A stretch of 64,000 bases of DNA. Source: Meyerozyma guilliermondii. Lineage: Eukaryota. How positions within the stretch are numbered: position 1 is the first letter of the stretch; each line of letters starts with the position of its first letter. The position numbers and the translations under genes are program-made. The DNA lies in contig CP128815.1 in NCBI GenBank assembly GCA_051546255.1, forward strand, positions 1,736,001-1,800,000, in the 5' to 3' direction. Below are positions 62,304 through 64,000 of this stretch, in pieces. Under the pieces are notes generated by a model. The model was not told where the DNA came from. It made no database searches and saw only the letters and a program-made list of their open reading frames with translations.

Positions 62304-63833
62304 TTAATCAGCTACAACCTCCAATCGTGAAGAAAACTCAGCGTTGTACCAAAACTTGTCGAACTTGCGCAAATTACCCTTCGATTGGTACACCTTATTG
62401 GGCACTCCGACGTCTATAAGATAATGAACAACCTGTGCCTCGTCGTCGTCGTAGGTTAGCACGCCATTTCTGTAGGCGTAGAGCAAGCCTGATATGGGTA
62501 GACCCATGGAAACACACCAATGGCACTTGATGTGGAGAGAATCGTCCAGGACGGTTCCGGAACCTCCATCAATTCCAGAAGGTATATCCAAGGATAATAT
62601 GCGTTTTGAGATATGTGGTCTGTTGCACCATTCGATTAATACACGGAGCTTCCTTTGCGCCTCGTCCTGATAGAAAATATCTTCGAGATGGTCGGCATAA
62701 CCTTGGAGTGCATCGATGACTAGTTCCACTGGAGTATCAAGATCATTTTCAATGGTGGAAATTAAGTTTGTAACGTCAGAAGTGAGGACTTTTCCGCCAG
62801 TTTTCTCAAAAAGACTCCATTGGGTTTGAAGTTCCTTATCTACATCTTCGGTATTGAGGACAAATGCAAGCACTCTGATTCCGTGATTGCTGAGATGTCT
62901 ACCAGTTGCAAAAGCTCGAGCCCCACAACGGCCGCTGCCGACGAGAATGAGCACAAGAGGCGGCAAATTATGGTTTTTCTTGTTGCTCAATCGAGTAGAC
63001 CCGCCAAGAATATTTTTTGTGATCAAGCGTGAAAGGTGAGAGGCCGCAATTTCTGCCATCATTCCCGCATCGATGCCGAAAGTTTCGGTGGTCAAGCGCT
63101 CAATTTCCATGAGCTGAACTGGAGTACACTGCGGAACAACACTGCTTGTGTCGCTGTTGACAAGCTTAAAGTTGCGCAAGAACCGAGGTGATGCTGTATC
63201 CAGACGGTTAACAACTGGGCGCATAGAAGGCTGAGGTTTACTTTTGGTTGCGGTAGGCGCAGCTCCAATAAGGTCCCATTTGTCTCCCTTGGAGCTATCC
63301 AACACCATCTCGTCGTTATCATATTTTTCCTTCTTGATTTTATTGTGGTCCACTAACCGATCTCGAGGACTAGTAGTGTCGCCTCGCTGGAAATCTTCAA
63401 ATGCTGATTTTTTATCAAACATGGCCAAATTGGCTTCGAAATCAAAGTCTGCACCCAGCGATACTCCATTGCCCCAAGCAGGGTTGATTTTATCTTTTTT
63501 GGACTTGATTTTGGGAGTGCTAGACCGAGTATTATCGGTGCTACTTGCAACACTAGCAGCACTGTTTGCCAATGTACGTACTGCTGGCCGTGAAAACACA
63601 ATGGCATCGTCTAGAGGTTGGTCTTTGGTCCTATTATTCTTCTTTTTCGACATTTCTGGTGGAAGTTGAAGCATCTTTAAATCGCGGATTTGGTTGGTGA
63701 TGACATTGGTGGTTTGTCCCGTGTCTGCCAGTCTCAAGAGAATGTGCTCCTTGTCAATATCATCAATGATACCGACGGAATGCGTCCCATCACGCAACGA
63801 TAGGTCTACTTTGTAGTGTAGAAACTCTGTCAT
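62304..63833 (-). CDS. EDC3: Enhancer of mRNA decapping Edc3 (Lsm-FDF-YjeF_N)
   Basis: N-terminal Lsm fold, DFDFEANLAMFDK, YjeF_N motifs GRHLSNHG and LDIPSGID. Confidence 0.93.
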   Translation of the reverse strand: MTEFLHYKVDLSLRDGTHSVGIIDDIDKEHILLRLADTGQTTNVITNQIRDLKMLQLPPEMSKKKNNRTKDQPLDDAIVFSRPAVRTLANSAASVASSTDNTRSSTPKIKSKKDKINPAWGNGVSLGADFDFEANLAMFDKKSAFEDFQRGDTTSPRDRLVDHNKIKKEKYDNDEMVLDSSKGDKWDLIGAAPTATKSKPQPSMRPVVNRLDTASPRFLRNFKLVNSDTSSVVPQCTPVQLMEIERLTTETFGIDAGMMAEIAASHLSRLITKNILGGSTRLSNKKNHNLPPLVLILVGSGRCGARAFATGRHLSNHGIRVLAFVLNTEDVDKELQTQWSLFEKTGGKVLTSDVTNLISTIENDLDTPVELVIDALQGYADHLEDIFYQDEAQRKLRVLIEWCNRPHISKRILSLDIPSGIDGGSGTVLDDSLHIKCHWCVSMGLPISGLLYAYRNGVLTYDDDEAQVVHYLIDVGVPNKVYQSKGNLRKFDKFWYNAEFSSRLEVVAD

Positions 63834-64000
63834 TGTGGTGAGGAAATCGACGCTGTGAGTTTTGGGTGGTGGGTACAGGATCGCGAACTCTCAGCAGCTA
63901 AGAGTGAAATTATTCATATTCATATATTCTATATTCATACATTTTCTTGGTAACTTGTCATGTAGCAATAAGCAATTGCTGATGTCCTCAATTAAGATTT

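Overview
A gene-dense 64 kb stretch of a budding-yeast nuclear chromosome. CTG codons fall at conserved Ser positions (VAC8, KIC1, ATS1, CNT), so this is a CUG-Ser (CTG-clade) yeast, plausibly Meyerozyma or a related genus (inference). The supplied ORF translations therefore carry wrong Leu residues and several over-long TTG/GTG starts. I find about 37 housekeeping protein genes: POC4, RIE1-like, NFU1, FUN30, ATS1, OPI10, CYS3, SIL1, RPP2, GSH2, RRT8/LDS, LAP3, RPS8, KTI11, a DOT6-like Myb factor, SEN34, a PNGase A, VPS35, CNT, ATG2, LAS1, ATO, a NIPA-like transporter, a SIN-type Cdc14, MDM10, MRP51, SWC3, KIC1, HIS3, MRM1, a DUF676 lipase, LSB3, VAC8, CHM7, NBP35, NUP145 and EDC3. There are also three tRNAs and a box C/D snoRNA (snR56). 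No transposon, CRISPR array or biosynthetic cluster is visible. The most notable items missed by the ORF track are: (1) snR56 filling a complete ~89-nt spliceosomal intron outside any CDS, with a Reb1 site inside an atypical C-terminal extension of LAP3; (2) an orphan RRPE+PAC promoter module before a 40-codon ORF; (3) an RPP2 start codon split by an intron; (4) a 43-nt intron in RRT8/LDS; (5) a fission-yeast SIN-type Cdc14 gene; (6) a HIS3 TGA-CTA stop whose readthrough would end in a CaaX box. Gene identities come from recalled motifs, not database searches. I cannot demonstrate a wholly new system from sequence alone.
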